A stretch of DNA of 64,000 nt from Patescibacteria group bacterium (GTDB lineage Bacteria > Patescibacteriota > Microgenomatia > UBA8517): assembly GCA_041742135.1 (NCBI GenBank), contig JBGSJG010000008.1:162902-226901 (forward strand), given 5' to 3'. The position numbers were made by a program, and so were the translations under genes. Under the pieces are notes generated by a model. That model was given only the letters and a program-made list of their open reading frames with translations, ran no database searches and was not told where the DNA came from. This document shows, in pieces, positions 20,708-29,678 of the stretch. Each line of letters starts with the position of its first letter. The first letter of the stretch is position 1.

Positions 20708-20788
20708 TCTTAGAAAGTCTCTTCGAGAAATTCTATTAGTTTGTGGGCTTTCTAGGTCGTCTGCCGTTAAGATATAATATCACTGACA

Positions 20789-23700
20789 ATGGCCAATAAG
20801 TTTGTTCATCTTCATCTTCACACGGAATACAGCCTTCTTGATGGGCTGACTAAAATCAAAAAACTCACATCTAAAGTTAAGGAAATGGGTATGGATACGG
20901 TTGCAATAAGCGATCACGGGTCGATGTACGGCGCCATCGAGTTTTATCGCCAGTGCCAGAAGGACGAAGTAAAGCCAATAATTGGAATGGAAGCTTACAC
21001 ATGTTTAAACGACCACAAAGAGCGCCCTGCCAAAGGTGAGAAGTTTCAAAATTACCACTTATTGCTTCTGGCTAAAGACGAAGAGGGGTACAAGAATTTG
21101 ATGAAAATTGCATCAATTGCGCATTTGGAGGGCTATTATTATAGACCCAGAATTAGTAATGAAATTTTGGCTAAATACTCAAAAGGGCTAATCTGTACCT
21201 CAGCTTGCCCAGCTGGCGAGATGGCATCTCATTTGATTGATGGAGATTTTGACGGAGCTCGAAAGACTGCCAAGTGGTTTGTGGACGTTTTTGGTGATGA
21301 TTATTACCTGGAGGTGCAAAGACATAAGTATGACCAGCATATTACACCTCAGATGGATCGGGAACTTCGGGAGGAGCAGGAAAAGATGGTCAAGTATGAA
21401 AAACTGATTAACGAGGGAGTGGTCAAAATTTCCCACGAAATGGGAATTCCGATTGTAGCCACAAACGATGCACATTATCTTAACCGTGAAGACGCAACAG
21501 CTCAGGATGTTTTGGTCTGCGTTGCAACAGGCAAGCAAGTGTCTGACACCAAAAGAATCCGCTTTATTGATACGCCCGAGTATTACGTTAAGTCACCTGA
21601 GGAAATGGCGGAGCTGTTCCCTGATTTGCCGGAAGCGATTAGTAACACCGTGAAAGTTGCCGAAAAATGCAACTTGGAAATTACAACTCTGGGAAAATGG
21701 TTCTTTCCAAAATACGAAGTGCCTGGGGGTGCGCCACCAGATGATTACTTGCGAGAGTTGGCCCACACTCGACTTTTGGAAAAGTTTCCAGAAGCGGGGG
21801 ACTTTGAAAAAGACCGACTTGAGCACGAGCTGGGAATAATTTGCGGCAAAGGCTATGCACCATATTTTCTAATCATGATGGAGATGGTCAACTGGGCGAG
21901 TGATCAGGGCATTGTAACTAACACTAGGGGCTCCGCTGCTGGCTCTTTGGTATCGTTCGTTTTAGGGATAACAACAGTGGACCCGTTAAAATATTATTTG
22001 CCCTTTGAGCGCTTTTTAAACCCTTTCCGCCCTACTCCTCCTGATATTGATTTTGACGTATCAGACGTTCGCCGCGATGAAATCATTCATTATATTGGCG
22101 AGAAGTACGGCCACGACCGCGTGGCTCAAATTTGCACCTTTGGACGAATGCTAGCCCGAGCCGCGGCGCGTGATGTGGCTCGTGTTTTGGGCTACGAATA
22201 CGCAGTCGGGGATAGAATTTCAAAATTAATACCTCCTCCAAAGCAAGGATTCCCTGTAGATGTTCTTAAGGCCTTAAACGAAAGCCCTGAGCTTAAGAAT
22301 CTTTACGATTCTGATCCCGATGCGAAAAAAATCCTCGATCTCGCGCACGAGGTCGAAGGAAGTGCAAGGCATATTTCAGTCCATGCTGCGGGAGTAGTCG
22401 TTGCACCAACTGCACTTACTGATTTTACGCCGATTCAAAAAGATCCTAAGGGGGACAAAATAATTACTCAATATGAGATGCATGCGGCGGAGGATGTGGG
22501 CTTAATAAAGTTCGACGTACTTGGAATAAGAAATTTATCCATTTTGGGTTCATGTGTCGATATAGTCGAACAAACTCGTGGCAATCGTGTAAAACTTCGA
22601 GAGATTCCATTAGACGACAGCAAGACGTACGAAATGCTTGGCCGGGGGGAAACAATGGGTGTTTTTCAGCTTTCCAGTAGCGGCATGACAAAATGGCTGG
22701 TTGAGCTTAAGCCCGAGCGCATTGAAGACTTAATGGCGATGGTGGCACTTTATCGCCCCGGCCCGATGCAGACAATTCCTGAGTATATTGAGCGCAAACG
22801 CGATCCTTCTAAAGTAAAGTTTTTAGATCCCCGAATGGAAAAGTTTTTAGGTGCTTCGTACGGGCTAATTGTGTATCAGGACGATTTGCTGTTTTGCGCA
22901 CTTGATTTGGCGGGCTACACCTGGGAGGAAGCAGATAAGTTTAGAAAAGCTGTTGGTAAAAAAATCCCCGAGGAAATGGCTGCTCAAAAAGAGAAGTTTG
23001 AAACTGGCATTGTAGCTCACGGCCAGACCGTGGAGTTTGCTGAAAAACTCTGGAAGCTTTTTGAGCCCTTCCAGTCATATGGTTTTAACAAAGCACACGC
23101 AGCAAGCTATGGAATGGTCGCCTATCAAACTGCATACATGAAGGCCAATTACCCAGTGGAATATATGGCAGCTTTGATGAGCGCAGAATCGGGAGATTCG
23201 GACAAAATTACAGCAGCGATTTCTGAAAGTAAACGAATGGGGATAACAATTTTGCCTCCAGACATAAACGAAAGCGACATTGGCTTTAAGATTGTCGATG
23301 ACAAAGAATCCCTTGACGGGCGAGCGATTCGTTTCGGTTTTTCTGCAATCAAAAATGTGGGAAACGCCGCGATTGAGGCTATTTTGGCCGCGCGTGGAAG
23401 CCGTCAATTTGGGTCCGTGGCGGATTTCTTTGCACGAGTGGACACCCGAAAGGTAAATAAAAAAGTAGTTGAAAGCTTGGTTAAAGTTGGTGCATTTTCT
23501 TCATATGGAGCTCGTGCAGCACTTTTGAAATCGATGGATGAAATTCGCGCAAAAGTTAAGCCAGCCAACGCAATTGATGGCCAACAGGATTTATTTGCTA
23601 CGGATGACCCCAAAGAAGTTGAGCCTGTGAGTCAGCAGATCATAAAGATTGTCTCTAGCGTTCCCGAGTTTCCCGATCCAGAGCTTGAGGCACTCGAGCG

Positions 23701-24277
23701 AGAACTTCTTGGTTTTTCTCTGTCTGCAAGACCCCTTGAAGAGCTTTTTGGGCCATTAATTGGTTTTAGAACGCACAGGATTGATGAAATTAGTGTTGAT
23801 TCGGTTGGCAAAAGTCCTGTAAAAATCATTGGAGTTGTCGCACAAATTCGAAAAGTTGTTACTAAAAAGACTAGTGCAGAGATGGCATTCATTAGCGTAA
23901 AAGACGAGACCGGCTCCGTAGATGTGGTTATTTTCCCGAAGCTTTATGAAACTGCCAAGACACTTTTGGATAGTGCGGAGGCAGTTTTGATTACAGGCAA
24001 AGTTGACGATCGGGACGATAGCCTTTCGATTTTGGCGGATACCGTAGAAACTGAGGTGGATTTTCGTGATCAAAAGCCGGGGGTTTTTAGCGTGATGATT
24101 CCAAAAGGAGTGAACACCGATACGCTAAAGGAGCTGAAAAATATTCTCGCTGAGAACAAAGGTGATGCTGCGGTGGATTTGGTTTTTGAAGGAAATGGGA
24201 ATTCGCCAATCAAAGTCCCGTTCGGAGTTGCCTGGACCCCTACTCTTTCTGCTACAATAAGCGCTCTTTTACGATAA
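20789..24277 (+). CDS. dnaE: DNA polymerase III alpha subunit
   Basis: HLHLHTEYSLLDG, RGSAAGS, PDIDFD, HAAGVV, KFDVLG, GFNKAHA; no intein seen. Confidence 0.97.
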   Translation: MANKFVHLHLHTEYSLLDGLTKIKKLTSKVKEMGMDTVAISDHGSMYGAIEFYRQCQKDEVKPIIGMEAYTCLNDHKERPAKGEKFQNYHLLLLAKDEEGYKNLMKIASIAHLEGYYYRPRISNEILAKYSKGLICTSACPAGEMASHLIDGDFDGARKTAKWFVDVFGDDYYLEVQRHKYDQHITPQMDRELREEQEKMVKYEKLINEGVVKISHEMGIPIVATNDAHYLNREDATAQDVLVCVATGKQVSDTKRIRFIDTPEYYVKSPEEMAELFPDLPEAISNTVKVAEKCNLEITTLGKWFFPKYEVPGGAPPDDYLRELAHTRLLEKFPEAGDFEKDRLEHELGIICGKGYAPYFLIMMEMVNWASDQGIVTNTRGSAAGSLVSFVLGITTVDPLKYYLPFERFLNPFRPTPPDIDFDVSDVRRDEIIHYIGEKYGHDRVAQICTFGRMLARAAARDVARVLGYEYAVGDRISKLIPPPKQGFPVDVLKALNESPELKNLYDSDPDAKKILDLAHEVEGSARHISVHAAGVVVAPTALTDFTPIQKDPKGDKIITQYEMHAAEDVGLIKFDVLGIRNLSILGSCVDIVEQTRGNRVKLREIPLDDSKTYEMLGRGETMGVFQLSSSGMTKWLVELKPERIEDLMAMVALYRPGPMQTIPEYIERKRDPSKVKFLDPRMEKFLGASYGLIVYQDDLLFCALDLAGYTWEEADKFRKAVGKKIPEEMAAQKEKFETGIVAHGQTVEFAEKLWKLFEPFQSYGFNKAHAASYGMVAYQTAYMKANYPVEYMAALMSAESGDSDKITAAISESKRMGITILPPDINESDIGFKIVDDKESLDGRAIRFGFSAIKNVGNAAIEAILAARGSRQFGSVADFFARVDTRKVNKKVVESLVKVGAFSSYGARAALLKSMDEIRAKVKPANAIDGQQDLFATDDPKEVEPVSQQIIKIVSSVPEFPDPELEALERELLGFSLSARPLEELFGPLIGFRTHRIDEISVDSVGKSPVKIIGVVAQIRKVVTKKTSAEMAFISVKDETGSVDVVIFPKLYETAKTLLDSAEAVLITGKVDDRDDSLSILADTVETEVDFRDQKPGVFSVMIPKGVNTDTLKELKNILAENKGDAAVDLVFEGNGNSPIKVPFGVAWTPTLSATISALLR

Positions 24278-24281
24278 TACT

Positions 24282-24758
24282 ATGCCAGAGCGTATCAATG
24301 CGGGTGCTGAATTTTCTAGAGTGATGTCTGATGAGTCGTACCGCCAATGGCGCCGATGGTCAGGGGTTGAGGCACGCAACAATGGGCTTCAGGTAGAAAG
24401 AACCTACGATCCAACGAATGGCCTTATCCGAGTCAAAACGGGGCCTATTGGGAGAACCCTGGAAATAGACCCTGTAGATAGCTTGATAGTTGCAAAGATT
24501 GAAATCCCTATAGAAAAGTGGGAGCTTACCAGTTGGATAGAAAGCGGCAAACCATGGTTAAGAATGTTTGTAACGGAAAAAACGCCAAAACCCCAAATAG
24601 CGACTTCTTACGCTCAAATGCATGTTGAGCGCAGCCTTGTATCTCTTACGCTTTTGGGTAATCACAAGATCACCCGTGCGGATTTAGAAGCCATGACTGG
24701 GAGATATGGTTTGATTTACAATGCAGCTCTTAAAATGGATTTTAACCCTGGTTCTTGA
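24282..24758 (+). CDS. Hypothetical protein
   Basis: 158-aa ORF filling the dnaE-rplS gap; no recognised motif. Confidence 0.55.
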   Translation: MPERINAGAEFSRVMSDESYRQWRRWSGVEARNNGLQVERTYDPTNGLIRVKTGPIGRTLEIDPVDSLIVAKIEIPIEKWELTSWIESGKPWLRMFVTEKTPKPQIATSYAQMHVERSLVSLTLLGNHKITRADLEAMTGRYGLIYNAALKMDFNPGS

Positions 24759-24790
24759 GCAAATGAATCAATTCAGATATAATAGCTTCC

Positions 24791-25237
24791 ATGGCATTGA
24801 CCGCAACAATTAAAGAAACTAATTTTGGTGTTGGCGACGTTGTTCGCGTCTTCACTATAATCCCTGATAAGTCCGCTGAAGAGAAGGGCTCTCGTACTCA
24901 ATTTTTTGAAGGAACTGTGATTGGAATTGGGGGAGACGGTATGGGTAAAAGTTTTACTGTTCGAAGAATTGGTGAGCAGAAAGTTGGGATCGAGCAAATT
25001 TTTCCAGTTGCTTCTCCTTTAATTGAAAAGATTGAAATAATTCGAGCTGGCAAGCGTGGTGTGAGGCAGGCAAAGCTTTACTACATCCGAAGCAAAGCTA
25101 ATCGTGAAATTGAAAAGATCTATACCCGCGCGCGCGTTCGTGAGGCTTCCATAGCAAATAAAACTACTCCTAAAGCTAAAAAAGCCGTTAAGAAGGTAGT
25201 TAAAAAAACTTCAAAGAAAGCTTCTAAGTCGAAATAG
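24791..25237 (+). CDS. rplS: 50S ribosomal protein L19 with Lys-rich C-terminal tail
   Basis: GDVVRV, RTQFFEGTVI, FTVRRI, VRQAKLYYIR; TATAAT 7 nt upstream. Confidence 0.95.
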   Translation: MALTATIKETNFGVGDVVRVFTIIPDKSAEEKGSRTQFFEGTVIGIGGDGMGKSFTVRRIGEQKVGIEQIFPVASPLIEKIEIIRAGKRGVRQAKLYYIRSKANREIEKIYTRARVREASIANKTTPKAKKAVKKVVKKTSKKASKSK

Positions 25238-25253
25238 GCTTGCTTCTTTTTTT
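25214..25253 (+). terminator. Possible intrinsic terminator after rplS
   Basis: Imperfect hairpin (AAGTC-GAAATA-GGCTT inside AAGAAAGC/GCTTCTT) followed by a T run. Confidence 0.35.
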
Positions 25254-25276
25254 ATTCGGGTTATGATGAATGTAGA

Positions 25277-25777
25277 ATGATTGTACTCGGGATTGATCCC
25301 GGAACCGCCACTACGGGATATTCGATCCTTGAAGTCAATGGACACGGGCTAATTCCTTTGGAATTTGATCTTATCGAAACGGCCAAAACCTTCACCCACG
25401 CCGAAAGGTTAAGCATGATTTATGATCACACTAAAGAGATTATTCGCGTCAATCATCCTGATGTAATGGCTATCGAGAAAATCTTCTTTTCAAATAACGC
25501 AAAAACTGCAATATCTGTTGGCCAGGCACAGGGAGTGATGTTTTTGGCTGCGGCTGATTTTAAGCTTCCCATTGCAGAATACGCTCCGGGGACGATTAAG
25601 AAAATTGTATCGGGCAACGGGCGCGCAGATAAAAAAGAAGTACAACGTGCGCTAAGAGAAATTTTTGGCGCCAAGGTGAGAAGCAAGGCTAAAAAGAAGA
25701 CTCATTTCGACAACGCGGCAGACGCCTTAGCGGTGGCCTATTGCCATGTTATGATTACTCACAATGCGCAGGCGTAA
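25277..25777 (+). CDS. ruvC: Holliday junction resolvase RuvC
   Basis: LGIDPG, AIEKIFF, GNGRADK, DNAADALAVA. Confidence 0.95.
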   Translation: MIVLGIDPGTATTGYSILEVNGHGLIPLEFDLIETAKTFTHAERLSMIYDHTKEIIRVNHPDVMAIEKIFFSNNAKTAISVGQAQGVMFLAAADFKLPIAEYAPGTIKKIVSGNGRADKKEVQRALREIFGAKVRSKAKKKTHFDNAADALAVAYCHVMITHNAQA

Positions 25778-26165
25778 AGCTCACGCTCCAATCAAATGGG
25801 AAAGGGCAGACGATATCAAGCTAGAAGTAAATCGTCTGGTCAAGAAAATAAAGCTCGACTGGATAGATTTAGATAAAGTTTATTGCGTCCGCTCTGTAAA
25901 CTCCACCGCTCGTGCATATGCCCGAATCTGGGGAATGGGTAGAATCTGGCAAGAGACCATAGGCGTGCCGCCGGTTTACTGTATTGAAGTAATCTCTGAA
26001 AAGTTCGACCATCTTCCCGAGCACAAAAAAATAGAAGTATTATTTCACGAGCTGGCACATATACCAAAAAACTTTTCTGGGGCGCTTTTGCCTCACACCC
26101 ACCACAGCGTGGGCAGCTTTCACGACAAGCTCAAAAATTTTCTAAACGCGTATAAAAAAGCTTAG
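25764..26165 (+). CDS. Small putative zinc metallopeptidase
   Basis: AYARIWG, YCIEVISEKF, VLFHELAHIP. Confidence 0.7.
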   Translation: MRRRKAHAPIKWERADDIKLEVNRLVKKIKLDWIDLDKVYCVRSVNSTARAYARIWGMGRIWQETIGVPPVYCIEVISEKFDHLPEHKKIEVLFHELAHIPKNFSGALLPHTHHSVGSFHDKLKNFLNAYKKA

Positions 26166-26166
26166 T

Positions 26167-26838
26167 ATGAAAATAGTTGTTGTCTACGGTGAAGATGAGG
26201 CGAAGGCGCGAGAGCGCTATTCTCAAATTATTTCAGCTGTTAAGAAAAAAAATTGGCAGGTAGCCGATGTTTCCACGGTTGGTAAATTTAGCCTTCCCGA
26301 GCGAATTTCTTCAATGACCTTGTTTGGTGACAACACATTGTTTACTCTTGATAGCGTCAAAAAGCTCACGCCAACCGAGATCAAGTGGCTTGCCAAAAAT
26401 TTTGATAAATACGAGGGAAGTTTGTTGATTTTTCAAAAAGGAACACTGCCTGCTGATATTAAAAAAGAATTTCCAAAAAGTACAACTTACGAGCAATTTG
26501 AAGTTCCTAAAATAATTTTTATCTTTCTAGAGTCATTTTATCCTGGCAACGCTCAAACTTGCTTAAAGCTTTTGGACAAATTTTTAAATGAAGCTGCGCC
26601 TGAAGCGGTTGTTGCAACGTTGGGCAGACATTTGCGAGATTTATATTGGGTTCGCGTGGGTGGCCTCGAGCTTCCCGCTTGGCGGCTGGGAAAGCTTAAA
26701 AATCAAAGCCAAAAGTTTACAAAGGAGATCTTGGAGGATACAATTAACGCACTGAGTGACATTGATATTGGTAGCAAAACAAGTAGTGTGAATACAAGAT
26801 TTTTACTGGAGCTTTTAATAATCGAAAAACTGGGATGA
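26167..26838 (+). CDS. holA: Short DNA polymerase III delta subunit-like protein
   Basis: VVYGED N-terminus, SMTLFG, C-terminal LSDIDIGSKT...LLELLI. Confidence 0.65.
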   Translation: MKIVVVYGEDEAKARERYSQIISAVKKKNWQVADVSTVGKFSLPERISSMTLFGDNTLFTLDSVKKLTPTEIKWLAKNFDKYEGSLLIFQKGTLPADIKKEFPKSTTYEQFEVPKIIFIFLESFYPGNAQTCLKLLDKFLNEAAPEAVVATLGRHLRDLYWVRVGGLELPAWRLGKLKNQSQKFTKEILEDTINALSDIDIGSKTSSVNTRFLLELLIIEKLG

Positions 26839-28259
26839 ATATAGTACAAATTGATCCTTCGATATTTCGAGGTTACGACATTCGAGGGCTAGTTGGTGAA
26901 CAATTAAGTGAAGACGCGATTTACACAATCGGGAAAGCCTACGCTACATTTTTATACGGCAGGCAAATACGAGAATGTGTGGTGGGGCGAGATATTCGTG
27001 AAACTTCTCCGGCTTACCAAAAAGTTTTTATGGAGGCGCTGCTTGAGTCTGGTGTGGATGTAATCGACATTGGCATGACTCTGACCCAGATCATGTATTT
27101 TGCGCAGTATCATTATCTGTCTAAGGGCGGGACCATCATAACCGCATCGCACAATCCTAAAGAGTTTAACGGCTTGAAGTTGGCTGTTGGCTTTTCAGAT
27201 ACTTTGGTCACTCAAGAAATCGCTGAGCTTCGAGAAATTGCCAATTCTGGAAACTTCAAGACTTGGGGAGAAAAAGGAAATTACCGTGAAGATGACGTTT
27301 TTCCAGCTTACAAAGCGGACTTGTTTAAAAGGGCACGTATTCACGATTCAGGATTAAAAGTTGTCGTTGATTCGCTTAATGCCACAACTGGAAAGTTCTT
27401 GCCAGAAATTTTGCGTGAGGCGGGGTGCGATGTAGTTGAGCAAAATACAAATTTGGATCCAAGCTTCCCCCTTGGAACTCCAGATCCAACAGAGAAAGAG
27501 GTTCTTGATCGCTTGGCCAAGCGAGTAAAGGAAGAAGGGGCAGTTTTGGGATTAGCTTATGACTCAGATGGCGATCGCGTTGGGTTTGTGGACGAAGATG
27601 GTAGTCCAGTTTGGAACGATGTGTTAGTGGCGCTCTTTGCCAAAGACATTCTTCATTATCTCCCAGGAGCCCCGATTGTTTACAACGCATTATGCTCAAA
27701 AGCTGCTTCTGATTCTATAGCAGATGCTGGTGGAAATGGGATTATGTGTATGGTTGGCCACAGTTTTGTGAAGGCAAAAGTGAAAGAAGTGCGTGCGCCT
27801 TTTGGAGGAGAGCTGTCCGGCCACTTTTTCTTCATGGATAATTTCTACGGCCATGACGACGGTGCTTATGCAACTCTCAGGCTTCTGCAATTTTTAAAGC
27901 GGACCGGAAAATCGCTTAAGCAGGCAGCCAGCGAGATGCCACAGTATGTTTCAAGTCCGGAAATTAAATTGGGTCTAGCTGATGATCTTAAGTTCAAGCT
28001 TATCTCCGAAGAAATCTCAAAAGACATCAAAGAGTTAATGCCAAGCGCAGAGTATACCGATATTGATGGTTTTCGTGCTGACACAAAAGATGAAATGGTA
28101 ATTGTTCGCGCCAGCCAAAACGGGCCTTACATCACCATTAAATTTGAAGGCCGCAGTCAAGAGCAGTATGACACTCTTAAAGTTGGGATCAAAAAATTGC
28201 TCCAAAAATACAATCAAATTGATTGGAGCCAGGGAGTAAATATTCATGGATTTGAATAA
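26835..28259 (+). CDS. Phosphomannomutase/phosphoglucomutase
   Basis: FRGYDIRG, TASHNP, DSDGDR, GELSGH. Confidence 0.93.
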   Translation: MNIVQIDPSIFRGYDIRGLVGEQLSEDAIYTIGKAYATFLYGRQIRECVVGRDIRETSPAYQKVFMEALLESGVDVIDIGMTLTQIMYFAQYHYLSKGGTIITASHNPKEFNGLKLAVGFSDTLVTQEIAELREIANSGNFKTWGEKGNYREDDVFPAYKADLFKRARIHDSGLKVVVDSLNATTGKFLPEILREAGCDVVEQNTNLDPSFPLGTPDPTEKEVLDRLAKRVKEEGAVLGLAYDSDGDRVGFVDEDGSPVWNDVLVALFAKDILHYLPGAPIVYNALCSKAASDSIADAGGNGIMCMVGHSFVKAKVKEVRAPFGGELSGHFFFMDNFYGHDDGAYATLRLLQFLKRTGKSLKQAASEMPQYVSSPEIKLGLADDLKFKLISEEISKDIKELMPSAEYTDIDGFRADTKDEMVIVRASQNGPYITIKFEGRSQEQYDTLKVGIKKLLQKYNQIDWSQGVNIHGFE

Positions 28260-29259
28260 AGACGTACTCGATACAGTAAATTTTCTACCTGATCAGTTTT
28301 GGGAAGCGTGGGAGCAGTCTCGAAAAGTTAATCTTCCAGAAAATTATAAAAACTTCAAACGAGTTTTAGTTTGCGGTATGGGAGGCTCAGCCTTGGGAGG
28401 CCGTGTGGTTAAAGCTTACGCAGCCGATAAATCAAACGCCTGCATTGACGTTCTCACGGATTACAACTTACCCAAGTATGTAGACGGCGAGACACTCGTC
28501 ATCTTATCAAGCTATTCGGGAAACACCGAAGAAACGGTTAGTTGTGCGCATGAGGCACTCTCAAAGCATGTCCCTGTGTATTTTGTAGCAGCTGGCGGAA
28601 AATTGGCAGATCTTGCCGAGGCGAATAACCTCCCCATTTATAAAATTGATCCGCATTTTAATCCGTCCGGACAGCCTCGGATGGCTGTTGGCTACTCGAT
28701 AGGTGCGATTTTCGGCGTGATGGCGCGTGTCGGAGCTATCACTGAGACCGATGAGGAGATTGTGGCGGTTGTTGATTTTATCAAGAGCAATCAGCCGAGC
28801 ATTAAATCCCGAGCTGAAGATTTGGCAAAAAACATACAGGGCAAGTTGCCAATTTTGGTGACCAGCTCGTTTTTGTCAGGCGCGGCACACGTTTTTAAAA
28901 ACCAGATTAACGAATCAGCCAAAAGTTTTTCTATGAGCTTTGAGTTACCCGAGCTTAACCATCACTTGATGGAAGGCCTAAAAAATCCGAGTGAAGCCAC
29001 TTCAAAACTCCTTTTTATTTTTTTTGAGTCAGCACTTTATGCCGAACGCATTCAAAAGCGCTATCCTCTGACGCGCGAGGTTGTCGAGAAAAATAATGTG
29101 GCGACTTACGAAGCTCATCTTGAAGGAACGAGTGAGTTGGCGCAGGTATTTGAACTTCTACAGCTTGGAAGCTACACCCAAGCGATGCTTGGAAGTTTAT
29201 ATGGGGAAGATCCAATTGCAATTCCTTGGGTAGATTATTTCAAAGAGAAGCTCGCTTAG
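28246..29259 (+). CDS. Bifunctional phosphoglucose/phosphomannose isomerase (SIS domain)
   Basis: CGMGGSALGG, SYSGNTEET, QPRMA, NESAK, PELNHH. Confidence 0.9.
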   Translation: MDLNKDVLDTVNFLPDQFWEAWEQSRKVNLPENYKNFKRVLVCGMGGSALGGRVVKAYAADKSNACIDVLTDYNLPKYVDGETLVILSSYSGNTEETVSCAHEALSKHVPVYFVAAGGKLADLAEANNLPIYKIDPHFNPSGQPRMAVGYSIGAIFGVMARVGAITETDEEIVAVVDFIKSNQPSIKSRAEDLAKNIQGKLPILVTSSFLSGAAHVFKNQINESAKSFSMSFELPELNHHLMEGLKNPSEATSKLLFIFFESALYAERIQKRYPLTREVVEKNNVATYEAHLEGTSELAQVFELLQLGSYTQAMLGSLYGEDPIAIPWVDYFKEKLA

Positions 29260-29614
29260 CGATTTTTGAAAAATAAGCTTTGTAATAATCCAAATCTTCA
29301 CTTTTAACTATTCCGTCTTTAAAGTCTTTATAAAATTTAACCGCTGAAACAACTGATGCCGAGGCCAAACTGATGTCTTTTGGTGAAAGTGTTTTTGAGA
29401 ATTGGCTGAATGAGAGTTTAACATCCAAACTTGCTAGCTTTTTGTCGTCAAGGTCTTTTTGCGTGACGCTTGTGCTGACAATTGCTTTTTCTGAAGCTAC
29501 TTGAAAAGTTAACAGTTTTTTAAAGCTGTTAGTTTTTATTGACAGCTTCATATGCGCCTTGCCAAGCTCATTTTTGAGAAAGTCAGAATATAGTTTGTCT
29601 AGCTTGTTTGCCAT
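29240..29614 (-). CDS. Hypothetical basic protein
   Basis: 124-aa ORF; TAAAAT 6 nt before ATG. Confidence 0.55.
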   Translation of the reverse strand: MANKLDKLYSDFLKNELGKAHMKLSIKTNSFKKLLTFQVASEKAIVSTSVTQKDLDDKKLASLDVKLSFSQFSKTLSPKDISLASASVVSAVKFYKDFKDGIVKSEDLDYYKAYFSKIAKRASL

Positions 29615-29642
29615 AGGTGTATTTTACATACAAATCAACTTC

Positions 29643-29671
29643 TTGCCATATGTGGTTTAAGTGTTTAATAT
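29643..29671 (+). promoter_or_regulatory. sigma70-type promoter of ppsA-eno-gpmI (leaderless)
   Basis: TTGCCA-N17-TAATAT, 7 nt before ATG 29679. Confidence 0.6.
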
Positions 29672-29678
29672 GAATGTG

